From Octopus sinensis (Eukaryota), in the NCBI RefSeq assembly GCF_006345805.1, contig NC_043015.1:41974001-42038000 (forward strand): a DNA stretch of 64,000 nucleotides, read 5' to 3'. Position numbers and translations under genes: made by a program. The notes below the pieces were generated by a model. The model was not told the origin of the DNA, did no database searches, and saw nothing but the letters and a program-made list of their open reading frames with translations. This document shows positions 15,474-28,900 of the stretch, piece after piece; position 1 is the first letter of the stretch, and each line of letters starts with the position of its first letter.

Positions 15474-15595
15474 AGGCGCAGGGGTGGCTGTGTGGTAAGT
15501 AACTTGCTTACCAACCCCATAGCTCCGGGTTCAGTCCCACTGCGTGGCACTTTGGGCAAGTGTCCTTTACTATAGCCTCGGACCGATCAAAGCCT
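15474..15595 (+). mobile_element. SINE family A, 5' part
   Basis: aggcgcaggggtggctgtgtggtaag...ttgggcaagtgtc. Confidence 0.85.
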
Positions 15596-16029
15596 GGAGA
15601 TGAATAACATCTACGGAGACCATCAATGTTTAGGGGAAATTGCATTTCACGAGGCCCCTATCACATCTTACAGCGCTTTACAGTGTTCCCAGAGAATTGT
15701 TCAGCAACAATCATGATATCGGCCTTTTGAATCCCACCGTGAACCATCTTGATACCCAAAATACTTCAACATTCAGATGATTTCTACTAAGCTCCATGTC
15801 AGCTTACTTTTTTTTGAACCGCAGTTTTAATCTTTATGTTCTCCAACATGGTTGATTTTACACCGGTATATCACGCTGCTCCTGAGAAAAGGGGACACCA
15901 AAATCTTCAAATCTAGACCCAACAACATGTGTCTAAGATTTATCTCTTATATGTCTATGTGCATGTATAAGTACATCAATATATTCATGTATTCATATAT
16001 ATGTATATGTATATATATGTATATGTATA

Positions 16030-16060
<31 letters not shown>

Positions 16061-16437
16061 CTGTGTGTATGTGTGTATACATGTGCTGTCTGTGTTTGTG
16101 TCTGTGTGTCTGGATGTGCATCGAAATTTCTAATTAAGCGTGGTAAGTATACGTTGGTGTCTGACTATATTGAACTTATTTGCGACAAATATAACGGAAA
16201 CTAATTAATTGCAATTAGTAAACTATAAAGCAATATGAATAATTAATGTAGATTCTCGTTAATGAGTCATATTTACTTAATTAATGAAATATATTGAATC
16301 GAAAATTAATAATCAACTCATGCACCCAAGTGATATATGTGCGTGATGAGTATACATGATACATACATATATATATATATTATATATATATGTATATATA
16401 TGTATATATATGTATATATGTATATTATGTATATATG

Positions 16438-16486
<49 letters not shown>

Positions 16487-17153
16487 ATATATGAAATATA
16501 TATGTATATATATATAATATATAATATATATATATGTGTATGTGCATATACATATATAAATATTTGTGTTTATATATATGTATATATATGTATGTATATA
16601 TATATATATGTGTATATATATATATATCTATAATATATATACATAATATATAAAATATATATATGTATATATATATAATATATAATATATATATGTGTAT
16701 GTGCATATACATATATAAATATTTGTGTATATATATATGTATATATATATGTATATATATATGTATGATATATATATATATATTATATATATGATATATA
16801 TATTATATATATATATATACGTAACCACATTCTATGAATGTGAAACCCCCACGATGTATCTATTCCATTAAGTTAGCAGCAACAGCTTGGAACAGAACAT
16901 AGATATACATACATACATGCATACATACACACATACATACATGCATGCATACTTACATACATACATACATACATACATATACATAACATACATACATACA
17001 TACATACATACAGACATACATACATTCATACATACATAATGCATACATACACATATACACACATGCATATTAATACATACATGCGTACCACACATCCACA
17101 CATACATACATACATACATACATACATACTTACATACATACATACATACATAC

Positions 17154-17184
<31 letters not shown>

Positions 17185-17197
17185 CATACATACAACA

Positions 17198-17229
<32 letters not shown>

Positions 17230-17956
17230 ATCATAATGTGTATGCTCTACTCGTTGTCATGCACAATTTTTACATGACGTATAACTTCTCACTATCTGCC
17301 GCTAACATCGCAACTTCTTCCTCGTAGAAAAATAATTTTTCAACTCGTTTCAAGCCCTCCCAAAAGCGCCAAACTATAATTGCAATTCAAATGGGGTAAG
17401 AGTCGAACCGTCTCTACGTTCAGTTGACCGACATAGATATGGTGTTTGCAAATTTGATTCTTTTCTTAGATAATCCTGTTTGCTAAATTCTGCATATGTC
17501 ACTCACATAACACATAAACAATATATGTTTTATAAACATAAACTCACAATAAACAAATAAAGAATATATTAGAAAGCACATTCGAAATGGGATTATTCGA
17601 GAATGGAACGAAATACACAGTGTGATCGCAGAGTACTGAAAGCAGAAGCTTACTTGGGTCAGCACACCCCAAGGTACATAGACAAAACTGTGACCCATGA
17701 GTTCCGAGTCGTATTCAAGGGGTCTGAAAAATCTACTTGGAAGGGTTCCATGAAAAATCTAGTAGAAATATCTACTTGGAAGACGGTTGAGATAAGATGG
17801 AATAGAATGGTGTAAACAACAAAGAAATGGAAGCGCATTGTGACCAGTGATGTATAACAAATGATGGTTTGGTCGATACTGTGATAATGTGATTCATACA
17901 TATATACATTAAGAACTTTTTTTCTGAGTATTACCGGATTACTTGACTCATATAAG

Positions 17957-18022
<66 letters not shown>

Positions 18023-18027
18023 GAGAA

Positions 18028-18106
<79 letters not shown>

Positions 18107-18129
18107 TAATATAGATAGATAGATAGTTG

Positions 18130-18312
18130 AAATTTATAGAAAAATAAAAGACGAAGACAGGTGTATAAACACAAGTACGTGCATTAGATTACGCTCAGGA
18201 AGGTCAGAAAGTCTTTTATGTTTCGAGCCTATGCTCTTCACCTGGAAGGAAGCAGAGAAAATAAACAGAGAATAAAAAGAAACTTTTGGAGGTAACGGTC
18301 AGTCAAGCGACT
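18130..18312 (-). mobile_element. pLTR-like element with degenerate hammerhead remnant (also ~20485-20673, ~22768-22958; related copy ~46845-46990)
   Basis: Minus strand gtgaagagcataggctcgaaacataaaag retains gag/ctc stem II and GAAA but has a broken CUGANGA; flanked by GATA and TA tracts. Confidence 0.5.
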
Positions 18313-18966
18313 ATATATATATATAACTATATATAAGTATATATTATATATAGATTATAAACTGGATGTTAGCTGTTAGTGCTAAATAATATTTTCTATT
18401 GAAATCACAAGGAAGCGCCCCATTGTGATAGATAATATTATCAGATTTCGCTATATATATTGTATTTCAATAATGACCACCTCCGGCTAATTTTCAACTG
18501 TTAGTTTGTAGAAAGTTTGGGTCTGTTGCTAAATTGATTTTTTCGAAAACATCCCATTCCAATAATTCTGTGTATTAAAAATATACAGGTACTTTACTTT
18601 AACTTTTGAAATCATTTCTACAGGGCTGGAAGCTTTTTCAAGATAATGTGGTCCACAGAATAGTCACCTGTGTACTAAGTGATGGATCAGGTTGACAGCA
18701 TTTGCTAACTAATATTGGGCGATAGATCTCCGTTTAAGAAAATAGAAAACTGATTTAAGATGGCCCTGTTCCACTGGTGACCTGCCAATGACAAATTATG
18801 TGGACGAAATTATAAGTTGTAATAAAAGTGACATGAGTGTACCTAATATACACACATATATATATATATATAATATATATATGTAATACATAAATACATA
18901 TAATATGTACATATATAAATACATATATTGTATATATGTATATGTATATATATGTATGTATATATA

Positions 18967-19023
<57 letters not shown>

Positions 19024-19532
19024 CATAATATATAAAATATATATATGTATAATATATAATAATATATATATAATGTGTATTTGCATATACATATATAACT
19101 ATTTGTGTTATATATATGTATATATATATGTAATATATATATGTATATATCTATATATATATATATATATATATAATATAACGTAACCACATTCTATGAA
19201 AGTGAAACCCCCACGATGTATCTATCCATTAAGTTAGCAGCAACAGCTTGGAACAGAACATAGATATACATACATACATGCATACATACACACATACATA
19301 CATGCATGCAATACTTACATACATACATACATACATGCATACTACATACATACATACATACATGCATACGCACACATACATACATACATACATACAGACA
19401 TACATACATTCATACATACATAATTGCATACATACATACATCACACATGCATATATATATACATACATGCGTACACACATCCACATACATACATACATAC
19501 ATACATACTTACATACATACATACATACATAC

Positions 19533-19563
<31 letters not shown>

Positions 19564-19581
19564 CATACATACATACATACA

Positions 19582-19616
<35 letters not shown>

Positions 19617-20406
19617 CATAATATGTGTATGCTCTACTCGTTGTCATGCACAATTTTTACATGACGTATAACTTCTCACTATCTGCCGGCTAACATCGCA
19701 ACTTCTTCCTCGTAGAAAAAATTTTTTAACTCGTTTCAGCCCTCCCAAAAGCGCCAAACTATAATTGCAATTTCAAATGGGGTAAGATCGACCGTCTCTA
19801 CGTTCAGTTGACCGACATAGATATGGTGTTTGCAAATTTGATTCTTTTCTTAGATAATCCTGTTTTGCTAAATTCTGCATATGTCACTCACATAAACACA
19901 TAAACAATATATGTTTATATAAACATAAACTCACATAAACAAATAAAGAATATATTAAGAAAGCACATTCGAAAGGGATTATTCGAGAATGGAAAAAATA
20001 CACAGTGTGATCGCAGAGTACTGAAAGCAGAAGCTTACTGGGTCAGACACACCACAAGGTACATAGACAAACTGTGGACCCATGAGTTACCGAGTCGTAT
20101 TCAAGGGGTCTGAAAAATCTACTTGGAAGGGTTCCATGAAAAATCTAGTAGAAATATCTACTTGGAAGACGGTTGAGATAAGATGGAATAGAATGGTGTA
20201 AACAACAAAGAAATGGAAGCGCATTGTGACCAGTGATGTATAACAAATGATGGTTTGGTCGATACTGTGATAATGTGATTCATACAATATACATTAAGAA
20301 CTTTTTTCTGAGTATTACCGGATTATTATCCATATATATATATATTATATTATATAATATATATATATAGAGAGAGAGGAGAGAGAGAGGAGAGAGAGAG
20401 ATAGAG

Positions 20407-20484
<78 letters not shown>

Positions 20485-21187
20485 TTGAAATTTATAGAAA
20501 AATAAAAGACGAAGACAGGTGTATAAACAACAAGTACGTGCATTAGATTAACGCTCAGGAAGGTCAGAAAGTCTTTTATGTTTCGAGCCTATGCTCTTCA
20601 CCTGGAAGGAAGCAGAGAAAATAAACAGAGAATAAAAAGAAACTTTTGGAGGTAACGGTCAGTCAAGCGACTATGTATATATATATATATATATAAACGT
20701 TATGTTAAAAAAGCTGGATGTTAGTGCTAAATCATATTTTCTATATGAAATCACAAGGAAGCGCCCCATTGTGATAGGATAATATATATCAGATTTCGCT
20801 ATATAATTGTATTTCAATAATGACCACCTCCGGCTAATTTTCAACTGTTAGTTTGTAGAAAGTTTGGGTCTGTTGCTAAATTGATTTTTCGAAAACATCC
20901 CATTCCAATATTCTGTGTATTAAAAATATGACAGGTACTTTAACTTTTGAAATCATTTCTACAGGGCTGGAAGCTTTTTCAAGATAATGTGGTCCACAGA
21001 ATAGTCACCTGTGTACTAAGTGATGGATCAGGTTGACAGCATTTGCTAACTATTGGGCGATAGATCTCCGTTTAAGAAAATAGAAAACTGATTTAAGATG
21101 GCCCTGTTCCACTGGTGACCTGCCAATGACAAATTATGTGGACGAAATTATAAGTTATAATAAAGTTGACATGAGTGTACCTAATAT

Positions 21188-21226
<39 letters not shown>

Positions 21227-21467
21227 CATAAATACATATATATATGTACATATATAAATACATATATATGTATATATGTATATGTATATATATGTATGTA
21301 TATATATATATATGTGTATATATATATATATATATAATATATATATATATATTACATAATATATAAAATATATATATGTATATATATATAATATATAATA
21401 TATATATGTGTATGTGCATATACATATATAAATATTTGTGTATATATATGTATATATATTGTATATA

Positions 21468-21528
<61 letters not shown>

Positions 21529-21855
21529 GTAACACATTTCTATGAATGTGAAACCCCCACGATGTATCTATTCCATTAAGTTAGCAGCAACAGCTTGGAA
21601 CAGAACATAGATATACATACATACATGCATACATACACACATACATACATGCATGCATACTTACATACATACATACATACATACATACACACACATACAT
21701 ACATACATACATACAGAGACATACATACATTCATACATACATAATGCATACATACATACATACACACATGCATATATATATACATACATGCGTACACACA
21801 TCCACACATACATACATACATACATACATACTTACATACATACATACATACATAC

Positions 21856-21919
<64 letters not shown>

Positions 21920-22639
21920 CATAATATGTGTATGCTCTACTCGTTGACATGCACAATTTTTACATGACGTATAACTTCTCACTATCTGCCGGCTAACATC
22001 GCAACTTCTTCCTCGTAGAAAAATATTTTTAACTCGTTTCAGCCCTCCCAAAAGCGCCAAACTATAATTGCAATTTCAAATGGGGTAAGAGTCGAACCGT
22101 CTCTACGTTCAGTTGACCGACATAGATATGGTGTTTGCAAATTTGATTCTTTTCTTAGATAATCCTGTTTTGCTAAATTCTGCATATGTCACTCACATAA
22201 ACACATAAACAATATATGTTTATATAAACATAAACTCACATAAACAAATAAAGAATATATTAAGAAAGCACATTCGAAATGGGATTATTCGAGAATGGAA
22301 CGAAATACACAGTGTGATCGCAGAGTACTGAAAGCAGAAGCTTACTGGGTCAGACACACCACAAGGTACATAGACAAACTGTGGACCCATGAGTTACCGA
22401 GTCGTATTCAAGGGGTCTGAAAAATCTACTTGGAAGGGTTCCATGAAAAATCTAGTAGAAATATCTACTTGGAAGACGGTTGAGATAAGATGGAATAGAA
22501 TGGTGTAAACAACAAAGAAATGGAAGCGCATTGTGACCACTGATGTATAACAAATGATGGTTTGGTCGATACTGTGATAATGTGATTCATACATATATAC
22601 ATTAAGAACTTTTTTCTGAGTATTACCGATTACTTGACT

Positions 22640-22712
<73 letters not shown>

Positions 22713-22979
22713 TAGAGAGATAGATAGATAGATAGATAGTAGTAGATAGATAGATAGATAGATAGATAGTTGAAATTTATAGAAAAATAAAAGACGAAGA
22801 CAGGTGTATAAACAACAAGTACGTGCATTAGATTAACGCTCAGGAAGGTCAGAAAGTCTTTTATGTTTCGAGCCTATGCTCTTCACCTGGAAGGAAGCAG
22901 AGAAAATAAACAGAGAATAAAAAGAAACTTTTGGAGGTAACGGTCAGTCAAGCGACTATGTATATATATATATATATAT

Positions 22980-25900
22980 ATTATATAAAAGGGCTTAGTA
23001 AAATAAATTACTTTGCCGCATACTGAACTCATTAGAAATAGCAGCTAAAAAATTTTTAAAGCTATTTCTAATACTTAAAGAAAATCTCTCTCATATATAG
23101 TGTTGGCTTAATTCAACTCACAAAAGTTGGGGGTAAGGACATCGAAAATTCAAATGCTAAGGTTATTTGAGAACGTACGTTTCAAGATTAGTCAAAACAA
23201 CACTTCTATCATCAGCTCAGAAATTCCTTGGTTTGGATTTGGAAACACTGAATTAAGAACATACCCTTTCGAAGATCTGCTCGTAACTAACAGTGCCAAC
23301 AAATTCAAATAAGCAAGCGAAGAATCTTTGTCTCCCCTTTCCACCAGCGTGGGTTAAAATCATCAAACACTATGCTTATTTCGGTAAAATCCGAAGCATT
23401 AATCAGAGGGAGATTAATTATAATTTCAACAATTGAGGGCAAAATTAATTAATTATTAATCAATTTCACCAAGTGTTCAGTATGCAAAGGGACCATTCAA
23501 GGCGAATTCAAATTATTACATTATATAAAAGGGCTTAGTAAAATAAATAACTTTGCCGCATACTGAACTCATTAGAAATAGCAGCTAAAAAACTTTTTTA
23601 AAGCTATTCTAATACTTAAAGAAAATCTTTCTCATATATAGTGTTTGCTTAATTCAACTCACAAAAGTTTGGGGGTAAGGACATCGAAAAATCAAATGCT
23701 AAGTTATTTGAGAACGTACGTTTCAAGATTAGTCAAAACAACACTTCTACCATCAGCTCAGAAATTCCTTGGTTTGGATTTGGAAACACTGAAAATAAGA
23801 ACATACCCTTTCGAAGATCTGCTCGTAACTAACAGTGCCAACAAATTCAAATAAGCAAGCGAAGAATCTCTGTTCTCCCCTTTCCACCAGCGTGGGTTAA
23901 AATCATCAAACACTATGCTTATTTCGGTAAAATCCGAAGCATTAATCAGAGGCAGATTAATTATAATTTCAACAATTGAGGGCAAAATTAATTAATTATT
24001 AATCAATTTCACCAAGTGTTCAGTATGCAAAGGGACCATTCAAGGCGAATTCAAATTATTACATTATATAAAAGGGCTTAGTAAAATAAATTACTTGCCG
24101 CATACTGAACTCATTAGAAATAGCAGCTAAAAAACTTTTTTAAAGCTATTTCTAATACTTAAAGAAAATCTCTCTCATATATAGTGTTTGCTTAATTCAA
24201 CTCACAAAAGTTTGGGGGTAAGGACATCGAAAAATCAAATGCTAAGGTTATTTGAGAACGTACGTTTCAAGATTAGTCAAAACAACACTTCTATCATCAG
24301 CTCAGAAATTCCTTGGTTTGGATTTGGAAACACTGAAAATAAGAACATACCCTTCGAAGATCTGCTCGTAAAACAGTGCCAACAAATTCAAATAAGCAAG
24401 CGAAGAATCTCTGTTCTCCCCTTCCACCAGCGTGGGTTAAAATCATCAAACACTATGCTTATTTCGGTAAAATCCGAAGCATTAATCAGAGGGAGATTAA
24501 TTATAATTTCAACAATTGAGGGCAAAATTAATTAATTATTAATCAAAAAGTATTTTTAGCTGCTATTTCTAATGAGTTCAGTATGCGGCAAAGTAATTTA
24601 TTTTACTAAGCCCTTTTATATAATGTAATAATTTGAATTCGCCTTGAATGGTCCCTTTGCATACTGAACACTTGGTGAAATTGATTAATAATTAATTAAT
24701 TTTGCCTCAATTGTTGAAATTATAATTAATCTGCCTCTGATTAATGCTTCGGATTTTACCGAAATAAGCATAGTGTTTGATGATTTTAACCCACGCTGGT
24801 GGAAAGGGGAGAACAGAGATTCTTCGCTTGCTTATTTGAATTTGTTGGCACTGTTAGTTACGAGCAGATCTTCGAAAGGGTATGTTCTTATTTTCAGTGT
24901 TTCCAAATCCAAACCAAGGAATTTCTGAGCTGATGATAGAAGTGTTGTTTTGACTAATCTTGAAACGTACGTTCTCAAATAACCTTAGCATTTGATTTTT
25001 CGATGTCCTTACCCCCAAACTTTTGTGAGTTGAATTAAGCAAACACTATATATGAGAGAGATTTTCTTTAAGTATTAGAAATAGCTTTAAAAAAGTTTTT
25101 TAGCTGCTATTTCTAATGAGTTCAGTATGCGGCAAAGTAATTTATTTTACTAAGCCCTTTTATATAATGTAATAATTTGAATTCGCCTTGAATGGTCCCT
25201 TTGCATACTGAACACTTGGTGAAATTGATTAATAATTAATTAATTTTGCCCTCAATTGTTGAAATTATAATTAATCTCCCTCTGATTAATGCTTCGGATT
25301 TTACCGAAATAAGCATAGTGTTGATGATTTTAACCCACGCTGGTGGAAAGGGGAGAACAGAGATTCTTCGCTTGCTTATTTGAATTTGTTGGCACTGTTA
25401 GTTACGAGCAGATCTTCGAAAGGGTATGTTCTTATTTTCAGTGTTTCCAATCCAAACCAAGGAATTTCTGAGCTGATGATAGAAGTGTTGTTTTGACTAA
25501 TCTTGAAACGTACGTTCTCAAATAACTTAGCATTTGATTTTTCGATGTCCTTACCCCCAAACTTTTGTGAGTTGAATTAAGCAACAAACATATATGAGAG
25601 AGATTTTCTTTAAGTATTAGAAATAGCTTTAAAAAAGTTTTTTAGCTGCTATTTCTAATGAGTTCAGTATGCGGCAAAGTAATTTATTTTACTAAGCCCT
25701 TTTATATAATGTAATAATTTGAATTCGCCTTGAATGGTCCCTTTGCATACTGAACACTTGGTGAAATTGATTAATAATTAATTAATTTTGCCCTCAATTG
25801 TTGAAATTATAATAATCTGCCTCTGATTAATGCTTCGGATTTTACCGAAATAAGCATAGTGTTTGATGATTTTAACCCACGCTGGTGGAAAGGGGAGAAC

Positions 25901-28900
25901 AGAGATTCTTCGCTTGCTTATTTGAATTTGTTGGCACTGTTAGTTACGAGCAGATCTTCGAAAGGGTATGTTCTTATTTTCAGTGTTTCCAAATCCAAAC
26001 CAAGGAATTTCTGAGCTGATGATAGAAGTGTTGTTTTGGACTAATCTTGAAACGTACGTTCTCAAATAACCTTAGCATTTGATTTTTCGATGTCCTTACC
26101 CCCAAACTTTTGTGAGTTGAATTAAGCAAACACTATATATGAGAGAGATTTTCTTTAAGTATTAGAAATAGTTTTAAAAAGTTTTTTAGCTGCTATTTCT
26201 AATGAGTTCAGTATGCGGCAAAGTAATTTATTTTACTAAGCCCTTTTATAATGTAATAATTTGAATTCGCCTTGAATGGTCCCTTTGCATACTGAACACT
26301 TGGTGAAATTGATTAATAATTAATTAATTTTGCCCTCAATTGTTGAAATTATAATTAATCTCCCTCTGATTAATGCTTCGGATTTTACCGAAATAAGCAT
26401 AGTGTTTGATGATTTTAACCCACGCTGGTGGAAAGGGGAGAACAGAGATTCTTCGCTTGCTTATTTGAATTTGTTGGCACTGTAGTTACGAGCAGATCTT
26501 CGAAAGGGTATGTTCTTATTTTCAGTGTTTCCAAATCCAAACCAAGGAATTTCTGAGCTGATGATAGAAGTGTTGTTTTGACTAATCTTGAAACGTACGT
26601 TCTCAAATAACCTTAGCATTTGATTTTTCGATGTCCTTACCCCCAAACTTTTGTGAGTTGAATTAAGCAAACAATATATGAGAGAGATTTTCTTTAAGTA
26701 TTAGAAATAGCTTTAAAAAAGTTTTTTAGCTGTTATTCTAATGAGTTCAGTATGCGGCAAAGTAATTTATTTTACTAAGCCCTTTTATATAATGTAATAA
26801 TTTGAATTCGCTTGAATGGTCCCTTTGCATACTGAACACTTGGTGAAATTGATTAATAATTAATTAATTTTGCCCTCAATTGTTGAAATTATAATTAATC
26901 TCCCTCTGATTAATGCTTCGGATTTTACCGAAATAAGCATAGTGTTTGATGATTTTAACCCACGCTGGTGGAAAGAGGGAGAACAGAGATTCTTCGCTTG
27001 CTTATTTGAATTTGTTGGCACTGTTAGTTACGAGCAGATCTTCGAAAGGGTTATTTCTTATTTTCAGTGTTTCCAAATCCAAACCAAGGAATTTCTGAGC
27101 TGATGATAGAAGTGTTGTTTTGACTAATCTTGAAACGTACGTTCTCAAATAACCTTAGCATTTGATTTTTCGATGTCCTTACCCCAAACTTTTGTGAGTT
27201 GAATTAAGCAAACACTATATATGAGAGAGATTTTCTTTAAGTATTAGAAATAGCTTTAAAAAAGTTTTTTAGCTGCTATTTCTAATGAGTTCAGTATGCG
27301 GCAAAGTAATTTATTTTACTAAGCCCTTTTATATAATGTAATAATTTGAATTCGCCTTGAATGGTCCTTTGCATACTGAACACTTGGTGAAATTGATTAA
27401 TAATTAATTAATTTTGCCCTCAATTGTTGAAATTATAATTAATCTGCCTCTGATTACTGCTTGATTTTACCGAAATAAGCATAGTGTTTGATGAAATACG
27501 AACATAGTGATGATTTTAACCCACGCTGGTGAAAAGGGGAGAACAGAGATTCTTCGCTTGCTTATTTGAATTGGTGGCACTGTTAGTTACGAGCAGATCT
27601 TCGAAAGGTATGTTCTTATTTTCAGTGTTTCCAAATCCAAACCAAGGAATTTCTGAGCTGATGATAGAAGTGTTGTTTTGACTAATCTTGAAACGTACGT
27701 TCTCAAATAACCTTAGCATTTGATTTTTCGATGTCCTTACCCCCAAACTTTTGTGAGTTGAATTAAGCAAACACTATATATGAGAGAGATTTTCTTTAAG
27801 TATTAGAAATAGTTTTAAAAAGTTTTTTAGCTGCTATTTCTAATGAGTTCAGTATGCGGCAAAGTAATTTATTTTACTAAGCCCTTTTATATAATGTAAT
27901 AATTTGAATTCGCCTTGAATGGTCCCTTTGCATACTGAACACTTGGTGAAATTGATTAATAATTAATTAATTTTGCCCTCAATTGTTGAAATTATAATTA
28001 ATCTCCCTCTGATTAATGCTTCGGATTTTACCGAAATAAGCATTGTTTGATGATTTTAACCCACGCTGGTGGAAAGGGGAGAGACACAGATTCTTCGCTT
28101 GCTTATTTGAATTGTTGGCACTGTTAGTTACGAGCAGATCTTCGAAAGGGTATGTTCTTATTTTCAGTGTTTCCAAATCCAAACCAAGGAATTTCTGAGC
28201 TGATGATAGAAGTGTTGTTTTGACTAATCTTGAAACGTACGTTCTCAAATAACCTTAGCATTTGATTTTTCGATGTCCTTACCCCCAAACTTTTGTGAGT
28301 TGAATTAAGCAAACACTATATATGAGAGAGATTTTCTTTAAGTATTAGAAATAGCTTTAAAAAGTTTTTAGCTGTTATTTCTAATGAGTTCAGTATGCGG
28401 CAAAGTAATTTATTTTACTAAGCCCTTTTATATAATGTAATAATTTGAATTCGCCTTGAATGGTCCCTTTGCATACTGAACACTTGGTGAAATTGATTAA
28501 TAATTAATTAATTTTGCCCTCAATTGTTGAAATTATAATTAATCTCCCTCTGATTAATGCTTCGGATTTTACCGAAATAAGCATAGTGTTTGATGATTTT
28601 AACCCACGCTGGTGGAAAGAGGGAGAACAGAGATTCTTCGCTTGCTTATTTGAATTTGTTGGCACTGTTAGTTACGAGCAGATCTTCGAAAGGGTATGTT
28701 CTTATTTTCAGTGTTTCCAAATCCAAACCAAGGATTTCTGAGCTGATGATAGAAGTGTTGTTTTGACTAATCTTGAAACGTACGTTCTCAAATAACCTTA
28801 GCATTTGATTTTTCGATGTCCTTACCCCAAACTTTTGTGAGTTGAATTAAGCAAACACTATATATGAGAGAGATTTTCTTTAAGTATTAGAAATAGCTTA

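Noticed and set aside
15600-15940. Possible LINE fragment or host exon (also 4800-5280, 35230-35520, 48300-48540, 54720-55060)
   Set aside because: Non-repetitive-looking sequence, but I could not support any protein motif or splice structure by eye.
22980-26245. Inversion as a long-read fold-back artefact
   Set aside because: The inverted arm holds only monomer sequence and both flanks continue the host unit collinearly, which a fold-back read would not produce. Considered unlikely but not fully excluded without reads.
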